Shown: positions 1 through 9,195 of the stretch, in pieces
Position numbering within the stretch: position 1 is the stretch's first letter
Layout: each line of letters opens with the position of its first letter
NCBI GenBank assembly: GCA_963819655.1
Contig: CAWFXA010000003.1
Span: 768,001 to 832,000, forward strand
Length of the DNA: 64,000 nt
Origin: an uncultured Chloroflexia bacterium
GTDB taxonomy: Bacteria; Chloroflexota; Limnocylindria; Limnocylindrales; CSP1-4
Reading direction: 5' to 3'
Position numbers and translations under genes: made by a program
Notes under the pieces: generated by a model
The model's input: the letters and a program-made list of their open reading frames with translations, nothing else
Told to the model about the DNA's origin: nothing
The model's database searches: none

Positions 1-73
1 GGAGAGGACGGTTCCGGTCGCACGCGAGCGGGCAGCGAGCCGTTCGAGGTACGAGCGGGTCACCGGCCGCGGA

Positions 74-1312
74 TCACGGGGAGGGACTGGCGACGGTCGG
101 CGCCGCGGACCCCGCGGACGGCGGCGGCTCGGCGGCCGGCAGCAGCGCCGGTGGGATGTACCAGTCCGGTCGAGAGGCCGCATCCAGACCCGAGACCTCG
201 GTCAGGTTGACGGTCTGGCTCACGGTCCACGCGGGGGCGATGCCATCGAGCGTGGCCAGGCGCAGGTCGACGGTCTGGCCGACCACGTGGAGGAACGCGA
301 TCGCGTCCCCTGCTGGCGACCAGGTCGGCGCCCACGACGCGGCGTCATCGGTGATGCGCAGGAGCTCGTTGCCGTTGCTCCCGTTGAGGATCACGACATC
401 CGTGCCGAGCGTCGTCGTCCGCGTCGCCGCGATGTACCGGCCGTCGGGGGAATACGTCCCCTGCATGTAGCCGGCCCCCGTCATCACACGTGTCTTCTTG
501 GTCTTGGGGTCGTAGCGCATGATCACCGGCGCGCCACGGGCCCCGTCGCGCCCGTTCTCTGTGTACAGCAGCAGCTTCCCATCCGCTCGCCAGTCAGGGT
601 CCTGGTGGCCGAGGACTCCGTTTTCGCGCACGCCCGCGCGCGTCAGCCTCTTGCGCTTGATGTCGTAGAACTGCAGGACGACGTTCGAGTCGTCGGGCGT
701 CGGCGCGTCCGTGACGAGCGCCACGCTGTTGCCGTCGGGCGAGAGGACCGGTTGGCGCATCCATGCGGACCAGCGCAGGGCACCCCGCCTCACCCGGCCG
801 CTCAGCAGGCGCTGCGGCTCGCTGCTGCCGTCGGCGCGGATGCGCATCAGCTCCTGTACCGAGATGTCGTACCACGAGTTGCGACCGCGAACGGGCCATT
901 TCCCGATCTCGTCCTTGGACTGGATGTACATGATCCACACCCCGTCCGACGACCACGAGGGCATCGACGCCCCACCGGTCTTGGTCAGCTGGACCGAGCC
1001 CTCGTCGTTCTGGATCCAGATGTTGCCGCCCTTCGCGTACACGATCGAGCCGAGGAACGCCGCCTCTTCCGGGATCACGATCACGCCCGACGGAGCAGGG
1101 GTCAGGCCCGGTCCCGGCACACCACCGTTGCCGTTGCCGGCGTTGCCACCCGCGTTCGAGAACGGCAGCTCGTAGTTGAAGAGGTTGATGGTGACGACCG
1201 CGATCAACAGGAGCCCGACCACCGAGGCGATCGGCCCGATGGCCGACCCGATCGGTCCGATGCCATAAGGGTCACGCGGACGCGGACCGCGCGACCGGAT
1301 CTGGCGCGTCAC
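74..1312 (-). CDS. Membrane-anchored TolB-like (PD40/WD40-like) beta-propeller protein
   Basis: N-terminal TM helix, Gly/Pro linker, repeated PxWSPDG-type motifs (MPSWSSDG, PVLSPDG, PDWRADG, TYSPDG, PTWSPAG). GTG start overlaps the recJ stop (GTGA). Confidence 0.8.
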   Translation of the reverse strand: MTRQIRSRGPRPRDPYGIGPIGSAIGPIASVVGLLLIAVVTINLFNYELPFSNAGGNAGNGNGGVPGPGLTPAPSGVIVIPEEAAFLGSIVYAKGGNIWIQNDEGSVQLTKTGGASMPSWSSDGVWIMYIQSKDEIGKWPVRGRNSWYDISVQELMRIRADGSSEPQRLLSGRVRRGALRWSAWMRQPVLSPDGNSVALVTDAPTPDDSNVVLQFYDIKRKRLTRAGVRENGVLGHQDPDWRADGKLLLYTENGRDGARGAPVIMRYDPKTKKTRVMTGAGYMQGTYSPDGRYIAATRTTTLGTDVVILNGSNGNELLRITDDAASWAPTWSPAGDAIAFLHVVGQTVDLRLATLDGIAPAWTVSQTVNLTEVSGLDAASRPDWYIPPALLPAAEPPPSAGSAAPTVASPSP

Positions 1313-3069
1313 GACGGCGACCCGACGAGGGCAGACGCGGGGCCGGCAAGGACGGCCGCGGCCTCTGGGTGCGAGCCGCTCGGCGCTGCGTCGCGGATCT
1401 CGAGCTGGAGGGACTCGAACCCGCCGTAGGTGCGGCTGGCCAGCCGGGCGACGACGTCGATGCGGTCGCCCTCATGGACGAGGGCCGCGATGTCGGCCCG
1501 GCCGAACGCGATGCCGTCGAGCACGTCCCGGTCGCGCCGCAGCGTCAGCGACGTATGGTCGTCCGCCGCGAGCCGGACCCGCGTGACAGTCAGGCCGAGC
1601 ACCGCCACCAGCGGCTCCGGGTTGCCCGGACCGTACGGCGTGAGACCGGCGAGCTCGCGCAGGAGCCGGTAGTCGACGTCGAGGGCCGGCAGGGCGAGGT
1701 CGATCCGGAGGACGGTCCGCGGGTCGGGCGGCACCGCCTGCGCGGCGATCGCCTCGAAGCGCTCGACGAACTCGGACCAGCGCTCGGCCTGGATCTCGAA
1801 GCCGGCCGCGCCGGCGTGCCCGCCGTGGCGGGCGAACAGATCGGCGCATGCCGCGAGCGCCGCGCCGAGGTCGACGGAGCCATCGCTGCGACACGATCCC
1901 CGGATCGTGTCGCCGAGCTCTGCACCGACCACCGCCGGACGGGCCCTGTCCTCGGCCAGCCGCGCGGCGACGAGGCCGACGATCCCCACGGGCCACGGAC
2001 CACGGACGATGGACGCCGGACGGTCCGGGTTCGCGGCGACGAGCGCGCGGGCCTCCGCGACGACGGTCACGGTGAGGTCGCGGCGCGTCTTGTTCGCGGC
2101 CTCCAGCGTCTCAGCATGCGCAGCGGCTGTCTCGCTGTCCGGCGCGAGCAGCAGCAGCGCGGCCTCGAGCGCCTCCCCCACCCGACCCGCGGCGTTCAGC
2201 CGGGGAGCGAGCGCGAATGCGATCGTGTCGAGGTCGACGGCCTCCGGCGCGATCCGGGCGAGTGCCAGGAGGGCCGCGAAGCCCGGCCGCGCGTTGGCGC
2301 GCAGTCTCTCCAGGCCGAGCCGTGCGATCGCGCGGTTCTCCCCGACGATCGGCGCCACGTCCGCGACGGTCCCGACAGTGGCGAGGTCGGCGAGGTCGAG
2401 CGCGGCGGCCGGACCGCCAGGGAGATCCGCGAGCAGCAGTTGCGCGACCTTGAACGCGACGCCGCTGCCGGCCAGCCGCGTGTCGGGATACTGCGAGTCG
2501 GCGCGGTGCGGGTTCACGAGCGCGTACGCGGGAGGCATCTCCGGCGGCACCCGATGGTGGTCTGTGACGATCACGTCGATGCCGCGCCCGGCCGCCGCGG
2601 CGATCTCCGGTGCGGAGCTCGTCCCACAGTCGACGGTGACGATCAAGGTCTGTCCCGCGGCCACCGCCGCGTCGATGGCCGCGAGCGACAGCCCGTGCCC
2701 CTCGTCGAGGCGGCTCGGGACGTATGGCTCGACATCGACCCCGAAGCGGCGCAGGGCGATCACCAGGATCGCGAGACCATCGAGCCCGTCGGCGTCGAAG
2801 TCCCCAAAGACCATCACCCGCTCGCCCAGATCGCGGGCGCGCGTGAGCCGTTCGAGCAGGCGGTCCGCGTCGGGCAGGAGCCTGGGATCGTGCAGCCCGG
2901 CGAGGGGCTCGGCGAACCAGGCCGTCAGGCCCGCGACGTCGACGACGCCGCGCCGGGCCAGCAGTCCGGTCATCCGTTCGGCGAGCCCTCGCTCGAGCGC
3001 TGCGGTCAGGAGCTCCGGATCGACGGGACTGGACTCCGGGAAGCTCCAGCGGAAGCGCGGTTCGAGCAC
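1309..3069 (-). CDS. recJ: Single-stranded DNA exonuclease RecJ
   Basis: GDFDADG, TVDCG, TDHH, GTVADV, PRLNAAGR and GGHAGAAG motifs of the DHH/DHHA1 RecJ family. Confidence 0.97.
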   Translation of the reverse strand: MLEPRFRWSFPESSPVDPELLTAALERGLAERMTGLLARRGVVDVAGLTAWFAEPLAGLHDPRLLPDADRLLERLTRARDLGERVMVFGDFDADGLDGLAILVIALRRFGVDVEPYVPSRLDEGHGLSLAAIDAAVAAGQTLIVTVDCGTSSAPEIAAAAGRGIDVIVTDHHRVPPEMPPAYALVNPHRADSQYPDTRLAGSGVAFKVAQLLLADLPGGPAAALDLADLATVGTVADVAPIVGENRAIARLGLERLRANARPGFAALLALARIAPEAVDLDTIAFALAPRLNAAGRVGEALEAALLLLAPDSETAAAHAETLEAANKTRRDLTVTVVAEARALVAANPDRPASIVRGPWPVGIVGLVAARLAEDRARPAVVGAELGDTIRGSCRSDGSVDLGAALAACADLFARHGGHAGAAGFEIQAERWSEFVERFEAIAAQAVPPDPRTVLRIDLALPALDVDYRLLRELAGLTPYGPGNPEPLVAVLGLTVTRVRLAADDHTSLTLRRDRDVLDGIAFGRADIAALVHEGDRIDVVARLASRTYGGFESLQLEIRDAAPSGSHPEAAAVLAGPASALVGSPS

Positions 3070-3132
3070 CTCGTCAGGATGCCATGCGGCGCTTACCCAC
3101 GCCTTTACCGCGCATGGGACGCATCGCAGTCG

Positions 3133-4281
3133 TCAGGACGCGGCCCGTCGCGCGCGGGGGGCGCGTGTCGTGGGCAGCCGGCCGTGACGCCGGTCCTCCC
3201 ACGCCTGCCAGTCCACGAGGAGCGGGCTGGCCACGAAGATCGACGAGTACGTCCCGATGATGATGCCGATCAGCAGGGCAAGGACGAAGTCACTGATCGC
3301 CGACCCGCCGAAGAGGAACAACGAGAGCAGGGTCAGGAACACGGTCAGGCTGGTCATGATCGACCGCGCGAACGTCTGCAGGATCGAATGGTTGACGATC
3401 GCATCGAACGGCTCGCCGAGATGACGCGCCTTGTTCTCCCGGATCCTGTCGAAGACCACGATCGTGTCGTGCACGGAGAAGCCGATGACCGTGAGCATCG
3501 CGGTCACGAACAAGGCATCGATCTCGACATGGAAGAACGTGCCGAGGATCGCGAAGGCGCCGACCACGACGACGACGTCATGCAGCAGCGACACGAGGGC
3601 GGTCACCCCGAACTTCCAGTCGCGGAACCGGTACGTGATCCAGCCGAGGATGCCGAGCGAGCCGACTACGATCAGGATCAGCGCCTGGCGGAGGAGGTCC
3701 GAGCTGACCACGGCACCAATGGTCGTGAGGCTGCGCTGAGCCTCGATCGGCCCGAGCTGCGTCTCGAGCGCGGTCACCATCTCGCCGAGCTTGCCGGTGG
3801 TCGGGAGCTCCGTGTTACCGATCGGGGCGGCGGGTAACGCAGACGCATCGGGGCTGGCCGACGCACCGGGGCTGGCCGAGGCGCCCGGGCTGGCCGAGGC
3901 GGCCGGCGAGCCACTCGGCGCGGGGGAGCCACTCGGCGCCGCTGAGCCCGACGCCCCCGGCGAGGCGGACGGCGCCGGCGTCGGCAGCGGTTCGTCGACC
4001 AGGCCGATCGGTTCGGTCTTGATCTCGATGTACCCGGACTCCGTCCGGATGGCCGTCGCGTCCAGGCCGTTCTCGGCGAAGACCTCCTCGACCTGTGCGG
4101 GCGTGACCGCCGGGTTGGCGAACTTGATCTCCCAGCGGGTCCCGCCGGTGTAGTCGATCGTCAGCTGCAGCCCCGCGTCCGTGAACGGCGACAGCAGGAT
4201 GAAGATCAGGCCGGGGATCGTGAGCAGGGCCGAGAACAGGTAGAACCAGCGGCGCTTGCCGATGACGTCAAACATCGGCAC
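3133..4281 (-). CDS. secF: Protein translocase subunit SecF
   Basis: IDYTGGT, LLHDV, IGFSVHDTIVVFDRIREN and GTYSSIFVA motifs. Contains a Pro/Ser/Ala-rich repetitive insertion (~3850-3985). Confidence 0.97.
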   Translation of the reverse strand: MPMFDVIGKRRWFYLFSALLTIPGLIFILLSPFTDAGLQLTIDYTGGTRWEIKFANPAVTPAQVEEVFAENGLDATAIRTESGYIEIKTEPIGLVDEPLPTPAPSASPGASGSAAPSGSPAPSGSPAASASPGASASPGASASPDASALPAAPIGNTELPTTGKLGEMVTALETQLGPIEAQRSLTTIGAVVSSDLLRQALILIVVGSLGILGWITYRFRDWKFGVTALVSLLHDVVVVVGAFAILGTFFHVEIDALFVTAMLTVIGFSVHDTIVVFDRIRENKARHLGEPFDAIVNHSILQTFARSIMTSLTVFLTLLSLFLFGGSAISDFVLALLIGIIIGTYSSIFVASPLLVDWQAWEDRRHGRLPTTRAPRARRAAS

Positions 4282-5641
4282 GCAGAGCGCGTCGCGTCTG
4301 GCGCGGCGCGGTCACGGCCACGAACTCCTCGTCGCGGAGACCGAACAACCGCGCGTTGCGGGCCCAGTCCTGGCGGACGACCACGCGCATGATCGAACGC
4401 GTCACGACGATCGCGCTGAACATCGATGTCAGGACACCGATGATGAGGACCAACGCGAAGCCGCGGATGACCGACGACCCGAGGGCGTACAGGATCGTGG
4501 CGGTGATCAGGCTCGACACGTTGGAGTCGAGGATCGAGTTCCAGGCCCGGTTGAAGCCTGCCTCGACCGCTGCCGGCAGCGACTTGCCGACCCGCAGCTC
4601 CTCCTTCATCCGCTCGAAGATCAGGATGTTGGCATCGACTGCCATGCCCACCGAGAGCACGAAGCCCGCGATGCCGGCGAGAGTCAACGTCACCGGGATG
4701 AGCCGGAAGATCGCCAGCACCACGATCGTGTAATAGACGAGCGCGAATGACGCGATCAACCCCGGCAGGCGGTAGTACAGCAGCATGAACAGGATGACCA
4801 GTGAGATGCCGATGGCCCCTGCCAGCAGGCTCTGGTTGAGGAACTGCTCACCGAGCGTCGCGGAGATCTGCTCGCTCGAAAGCTCCTTGATCGGGAATGG
4901 CAGAGAGCCGAACTTGAGGATCGTGACCAGCGAGTTGGCCTCTTGGGGCGGGAATCCGGCCGCGCTGCCGGAGCTGATCTCGACCTGGCCATTCGGGATC
5001 GCGTTCCTGATGACGGGTGCCGAGATCACCGCGCCGTCGAGCACGATCGCGAAGTACTCACCGATGTGCCCAGCGGTGTAGTTCGAGAACAGTTGGGCCC
5101 CGGATTCCGGACCATTGTTCTTGAGCACGAAGGTGACGGTCAGGCCGCCGGTCGTCTGGTCCTGACCCACTGCGGCCGATTCGAGCTGATCGCCACCGAA
5201 CAGCGGTGGGAATTCCTCGAGGTTGACGATCTGGCCTTCGGCCATCTGGGTCGCGCCCAGGGGCACGAAGTCGAGCTGGCCGGTCTGCCCGACCAGGCGC
5301 CGGACGTTGTCGACGTCGGTGATGCCTGGCAACTCGATCACCACGCGGTCGCTGCCCTGGACGACGACGACCGGCTCCGACACGCCGGTCGTGTTCACAC
5401 GACGCTCGACGATGTCCTTGATGACGCCCATCGCCTCGGGCGTCGGGTTCACGCCATCCTTGGGCAGCGCCTGGTACTCGACGCGCAGACCGCCCTCGAG
5501 GTCGAGCCCGAGCTTCGTCTCGATCGTGCGCCACGTGCCATCGGGCGCGGCGAGGTCCGGCAGTTTGAGGTTTGGGAAGAAATCGACCAGAAGGGCGAAC
5601 ACGCCGATCAGGACGATGAGAATGGGACCCGCTCTACGCAT
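4268..5641 (-). CDS. secD: Protein translocase subunit SecD
   Basis: LGLDLEGG, GVSEPVV, GMAVDANILIFERMKEEL and ILDSNVSSLI motifs; adjacent to secF. Confidence 0.97.
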   Translation of the reverse strand: MRRAGPILIVLIGVFALLVDFFPNLKLPDLAAPDGTWRTIETKLGLDLEGGLRVEYQALPKDGVNPTPEAMGVIKDIVERRVNTTGVSEPVVVVQGSDRVVIELPGITDVDNVRRLVGQTGQLDFVPLGATQMAEGQIVNLEEFPPLFGGDQLESAAVGQDQTTGGLTVTFVLKNNGPESGAQLFSNYTAGHIGEYFAIVLDGAVISAPVIRNAIPNGQVEISSGSAAGFPPQEANSLVTILKFGSLPFPIKELSSEQISATLGEQFLNQSLLAGAIGISLVILFMLLYYRLPGLIASFALVYYTIVVLAIFRLIPVTLTLAGIAGFVLSVGMAVDANILIFERMKEELRVGKSLPAAVEAGFNRAWNSILDSNVSSLITATILYALGSSVIRGFALVLIIGVLTSMFSAIVVTRSIMRVVVRQDWARNARLFGLRDEEFVAVTAPRQTRRALRADV

Positions 5642-5700
5642 ACCGGCGGGATGCTACACGAAAGGCCCTCCTGACGCCGCAGGGCTGAACTTCGGGCCTC

Positions 5701-7554
5701 TCAGGCTTCCAACGTGGCCTTGATGCGTTCCGCCAGGGCGCGGCTGATGCCGGGCACCGCGGCGATCTGCTCGACCGGTGCCTCGCGCACCCGCTTGATC
5801 GAGCCGAACACCTTTAACAGTTCCCGCTTGCGCTTCGGGCCGACGCCCGGCAGGTCGTCGAACGCCGACCGGACCGTGCGCCGATCGCGCAGCGTGCGGT
5901 GGTACGTGATCGCGAAACGGTGCGCCTCGTCGCGCAGCCGCTGGACGAGGTACAGCGCCGACGATGTCGGCGGCAGCACCACAGGCTCGGAGCGCCCGGG
6001 CAGGAACAGCTCCTCGCGCTCCTTGGCGAGCCCGGCCAGCGGCAGGTCATGCAGTCCCAGCTCGTCGAGGACTTGCTTGGCCGCGTTCACCTGCGGCTTG
6101 CCGCCGTCGACGATCACGAGGTCGGGCATTGCCCAGCGGCGCTCCTCCTCGCTCCCCTCCTCGCCCGACTTGACCGCCCGAAAGCGGCGGCGCAGCACCT
6201 CCTGGTGGCTGGCCACGTCGTTCGGGCCCTCGACCGTCTTGATGCGGAAGCGCCGGTACTCGCCCGATCGCGGCTTGCCGTCCTCGAACACGACCATGCT
6301 CCCGACCGATTCCGAGCCCTGGAAGTTCGAGATGTCGTAGCACTCGATGCGGAACGGGATCCCGGGCACTTCCAGCGCGGCTGCCAGCTCCTCGAGAGCA
6401 GCCAGCGTCTTGCCCTGGTCGGCCAGCCAGCGCGCCTGCTCGCGGGCCAGCGTCTCGGCCGCGTTCCGCGACGCCAGGCCCATGAGGTCGCGCTTCTCGC
6501 CGCGCTGCGGCGTCCGGAGGTGGACGGGCCCGCCGCGCTTCTCGACGAGGAACGTCTGGAGGTCGGCCGTGTCGGTCACGCCGGCCGGCACGTAGATCTC
6601 GCGCGGGATGGAGGTCGCGCGCGCGTAATACTGCTCGAGGAAGCTCGACAGGACCTCGGCATCCGACGCCTCGCGCATGGCGTCCAGCAGGTAAACGTCG
6701 CGCCCGATCATCTTCCCGTCACGGATGATGAACAGCGTCACCGCGGCCTGGTTGTCCTGGCGCGCCATCCCGACGAGATCCAGCTCGGTCCGAGCGAACG
6801 CGGCCATCTTCTGGCTCTCCATCGTCCGTTCGATCGCGCGGATCTTGTCGCGGTGCCCGGCAGCGCGCTCGTACTCCTGGCGATCGGACGCCGCGCTCAT
6901 CTCGCGCCGGAGAGCCTTGACGAGCGTCTCCTGGCGGCCCTCGAGGAAGAGCTCGACCTGTTCGATGTCCGCGCGGTAGTCGGCCTTCGAGATCGCCTCG
7001 ATGCACGGACCCTGGCAGCGTTTGATGTGATACAGCAGGCACGGTCGCTGGAGTGCCCGCTGTCCGTCGCGGATGTCGACGGTGCAGGTCCGGAATGGGA
7101 ACAGCCGCCGGACGAGGTTCATCGATTCGTCGACGCTCGTCGCGGACGCGTACGGCCCGAAGTAGCGGCTCCCGTCGTTGACGAGCTTGCGCGTCCGCTC
7201 GACCCGCGGGAAATCGTCTGCCAGGGTGACCTTGATGTACGGATAACTCTTGTCGTCCTTGAGACGGACGTTGAAGCGCGGCTTGAACCGCTTGATGAGG
7301 TTCGCCTCGAGGAGCAGCGCCTCGCTCACGCTGTCGACCTCGGTCACCTCGACATCGGCGATCCGGTCGACGACGCTGCGGATGCGGTGGCCCTCGCCGA
7401 GCGTCGACGTCTGCTTCTGCCAGTAGCTCCGCACGCGATGGCGCAGGCTCTGGGCCTTGCCGACGTACAGCACGTCGCCCCGCGCGTCCTTCATGAGGTA
7501 GACGCCCGGTCGATCGGGCAAGCGCTTGAGTGTCGCCTCGAGTTCGGGGGTCAC
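5701..7554 (-). CDS. uvrC: Excinuclease ABC subunit C
   Basis: GIY-YIG N-terminus (PGVYLM..YVGKA), ECYDISN, DGGKPQ, RDEAHRFA and C-terminal HhH. Confidence 0.98.
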   Translation of the reverse strand: MTPELEATLKRLPDRPGVYLMKDARGDVLYVGKAQSLRHRVRSYWQKQTSTLGEGHRIRSVVDRIADVEVTEVDSVSEALLLEANLIKRFKPRFNVRLKDDKSYPYIKVTLADDFPRVERTRKLVNDGSRYFGPYASATSVDESMNLVRRLFPFRTCTVDIRDGQRALQRPCLLYHIKRCQGPCIEAISKADYRADIEQVELFLEGRQETLVKALRREMSAASDRQEYERAAGHRDKIRAIERTMESQKMAAFARTELDLVGMARQDNQAAVTLFIIRDGKMIGRDVYLLDAMREASDAEVLSSFLEQYYARATSIPREIYVPAGVTDTADLQTFLVEKRGGPVHLRTPQRGEKRDLMGLASRNAAETLAREQARWLADQGKTLAALEELAAALEVPGIPFRIECYDISNFQGSESVGSMVVFEDGKPRSGEYRRFRIKTVEGPNDVASHQEVLRRRFRAVKSGEEGSEEERRWAMPDLVIVDGGKPQVNAAKQVLDELGLHDLPLAGLAKEREELFLPGRSEPVVLPPTSSALYLVQRLRDEAHRFAITYHRTLRDRRTVRSAFDDLPGVGPKRKRELLKVFGSIKRVREAPVEQIAAVPGISRALAERIKATLEA

Positions 7555-7579
7555 GCCCCCGATGCTAGGGCAAGTCCGC

Positions 7580-8977
7580 TCAGCGCGACGTCTTGGTGAC
7601 CGCGGGCTTCGTGGCCGTCTTCGATCCAGTCTTCGCGGCCTCGGCGCCGCGAAGCTCCAAGCGGAACGCCCCGGCCGTCAGGCCATCGATGGTCGCGCTG
7701 ACGTCGTAGCAGGCGCCGCTCAGCATCGACGTGTCGAGCGAGTGGTTCCAGCGCCCGCCGCTCCAGGCGAGGTCGAGGTGCATCGCCGTCCCGCCGCCAC
7801 ACGGGGTGAGCATCAGCTCGGCGTCGCCGCTCGTCCGCTCGTCGCCGTCGACGAACAGCCGGACCTTGACCGGCAGGGTGCGGCCCCGGTGCGCTTCGAA
7901 CGTCGTGCCACCGCCGGCCACCGGCTCGAGCCAGGTCGCGCTCGCGTCACGCGGCGGGGCAACAAGGTCGACGGTCACGTCGAACGATGCGCTCCTCGGG
8001 TTGCCGCGGTCATCGGTGGCGGTGCAGGTCACGGGTGTGGTGCCGACGGCGAATGTGTCGCCACTCGCATGCGAGCAGCTCACGTCCGGCGAGTCGTCGA
8101 CCACGTCGCTCGCGGATGGATCGTCGAAGGTCACGACGCGGCCGCCCGGGTCGTTCGTCGTGACGCTGATGTCGGCCGGGACGGACAGGATGGGCGGCGT
8201 GGTGTCCTCGACCGTCACGTTGAAGGACTCGCTGACCGTTGCGCCAGCCAAGTCGGTGACCGAGCACGTCACCAGGGTCGTTTCGAGCGGCACGACCTCG
8301 CCGGCGGGCGGCGTGCAGGTCGGCGTCGGGTCCGGGTCGTCCTCCGGATCGGTGGCCGTGACACCGGACCAATCCGCGGTCCAACCACCGGTCGTGTTCC
8401 CCTCCTTCGTCAATGATGCGGGGACGGTCAGCGTCGGCGCGGCATTCGCAAGGACCCGCAACGTGAAGGTGACGGACGTCAGCGATCTGCTGAAGGCGTT
8501 GGTGTCGTTGCTGCCGGACGGTTGCACTGACCGGTCCCAGGCGATCGTGTAGGAGTGCAGCCCGGCGGTCGTGGGCGCACGCAGGGTCACGTGGCTCAGC
8601 GCCCCGCCCTCCTGGGACGGGACGGGATCGGGGCACCCTTGCGCGTCGGGGGCCCACGCGGTGGTCAGCGGTGCCAACGTCACGCCGGTCACGCTCACGA
8701 TCTCGCCACCGAGCGGCGCCGTTCCGGCGCCGGACCAGCCGAGGACGACCGACTGGTCGCCATCGACGTGCTGCAGCCCGGCGCAGACCAGCACGAAGCG
8801 GACGTCGCGCGACACCGTGCCGCCCGGGCTCACGTCACCAAGATGCCGCGTCCCGTCCACGATCGGGGTGACGGCGTCGGCGTCAGCGAACAGAGAATCC
8901 GCCGAAGCCGTGCCGGCGAACGCGAGGAGCGCGCCGAGCGACAGGGCGGCTGCCCGGCGGAATGGTCGGTGATGCAT
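7580..8977 (-). CDS. Secreted HYR-domain protein with PxKF-like C-terminal domain
   Basis: Signal peptide from ATG 8977 (MHHRPFRRAAALSLGALLAFAGTASA). Two HYR-like repeats (TTLVTCSVTD, VEDTTPP, GTTPVTCTATD) and a C-terminal GRTLPVKVRL motif. The longer upstream ORF extension is probably non-coding. Confidence 0.75.
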   Translation of the reverse strand: MHHRPFRRAAALSLGALLAFAGTASADSLFADADAVTPIVDGTRHLGDVSPGGTVSRDVRFVLVCAGLQHVDGDQSVVLGWSGAGTAPLGGEIVSVTGVTLAPLTTAWAPDAQGCPDPVPSQEGGALSHVTLRAPTTAGLHSYTIAWDRSVQPSGSNDTNAFSRSLTSVTFTLRVLANAAPTLTVPASLTKEGNTTGGWTADWSGVTATDPEDDPDPTPTCTPPAGEVVPLETTLVTCSVTDLAGATVSESFNVTVEDTTPPILSVPADISVTTNDPGGRVVTFDDPSASDVVDDSPDVSCSHASGDTFAVGTTPVTCTATDDRGNPRSASFDVTVDLVAPPRDASATWLEPVAGGGTTFEAHRGRTLPVKVRLFVDGDERTSGDAELMLTPCGGGTAMHLDLAWSGGRWNHSLDTSMLSGACYDVSATIDGLTAGAFRLELRGAEAAKTGSKTATKPAVTKTSR

Positions 8978-9195
8978 CCGGACCGTTCTCCAAAGGCGCC
9001 TGGCCCAGTCGACGCGCCGCCGGGCCTGGCGTGGGATGAATCGTCGCGCGCTCACGGCGTGCCGCCATGGCCCTATCGGCCCGTCCGGTGCGTGGTCGCG
9101 CCCCTCTTCGGTACCGGTTCGTTGACTCGGGTCACCGAAAGGCCGCCGGACGGGCAGTTGTGTCGCTATTAAGTGTTCCTTGCGAGACTCGTCCG

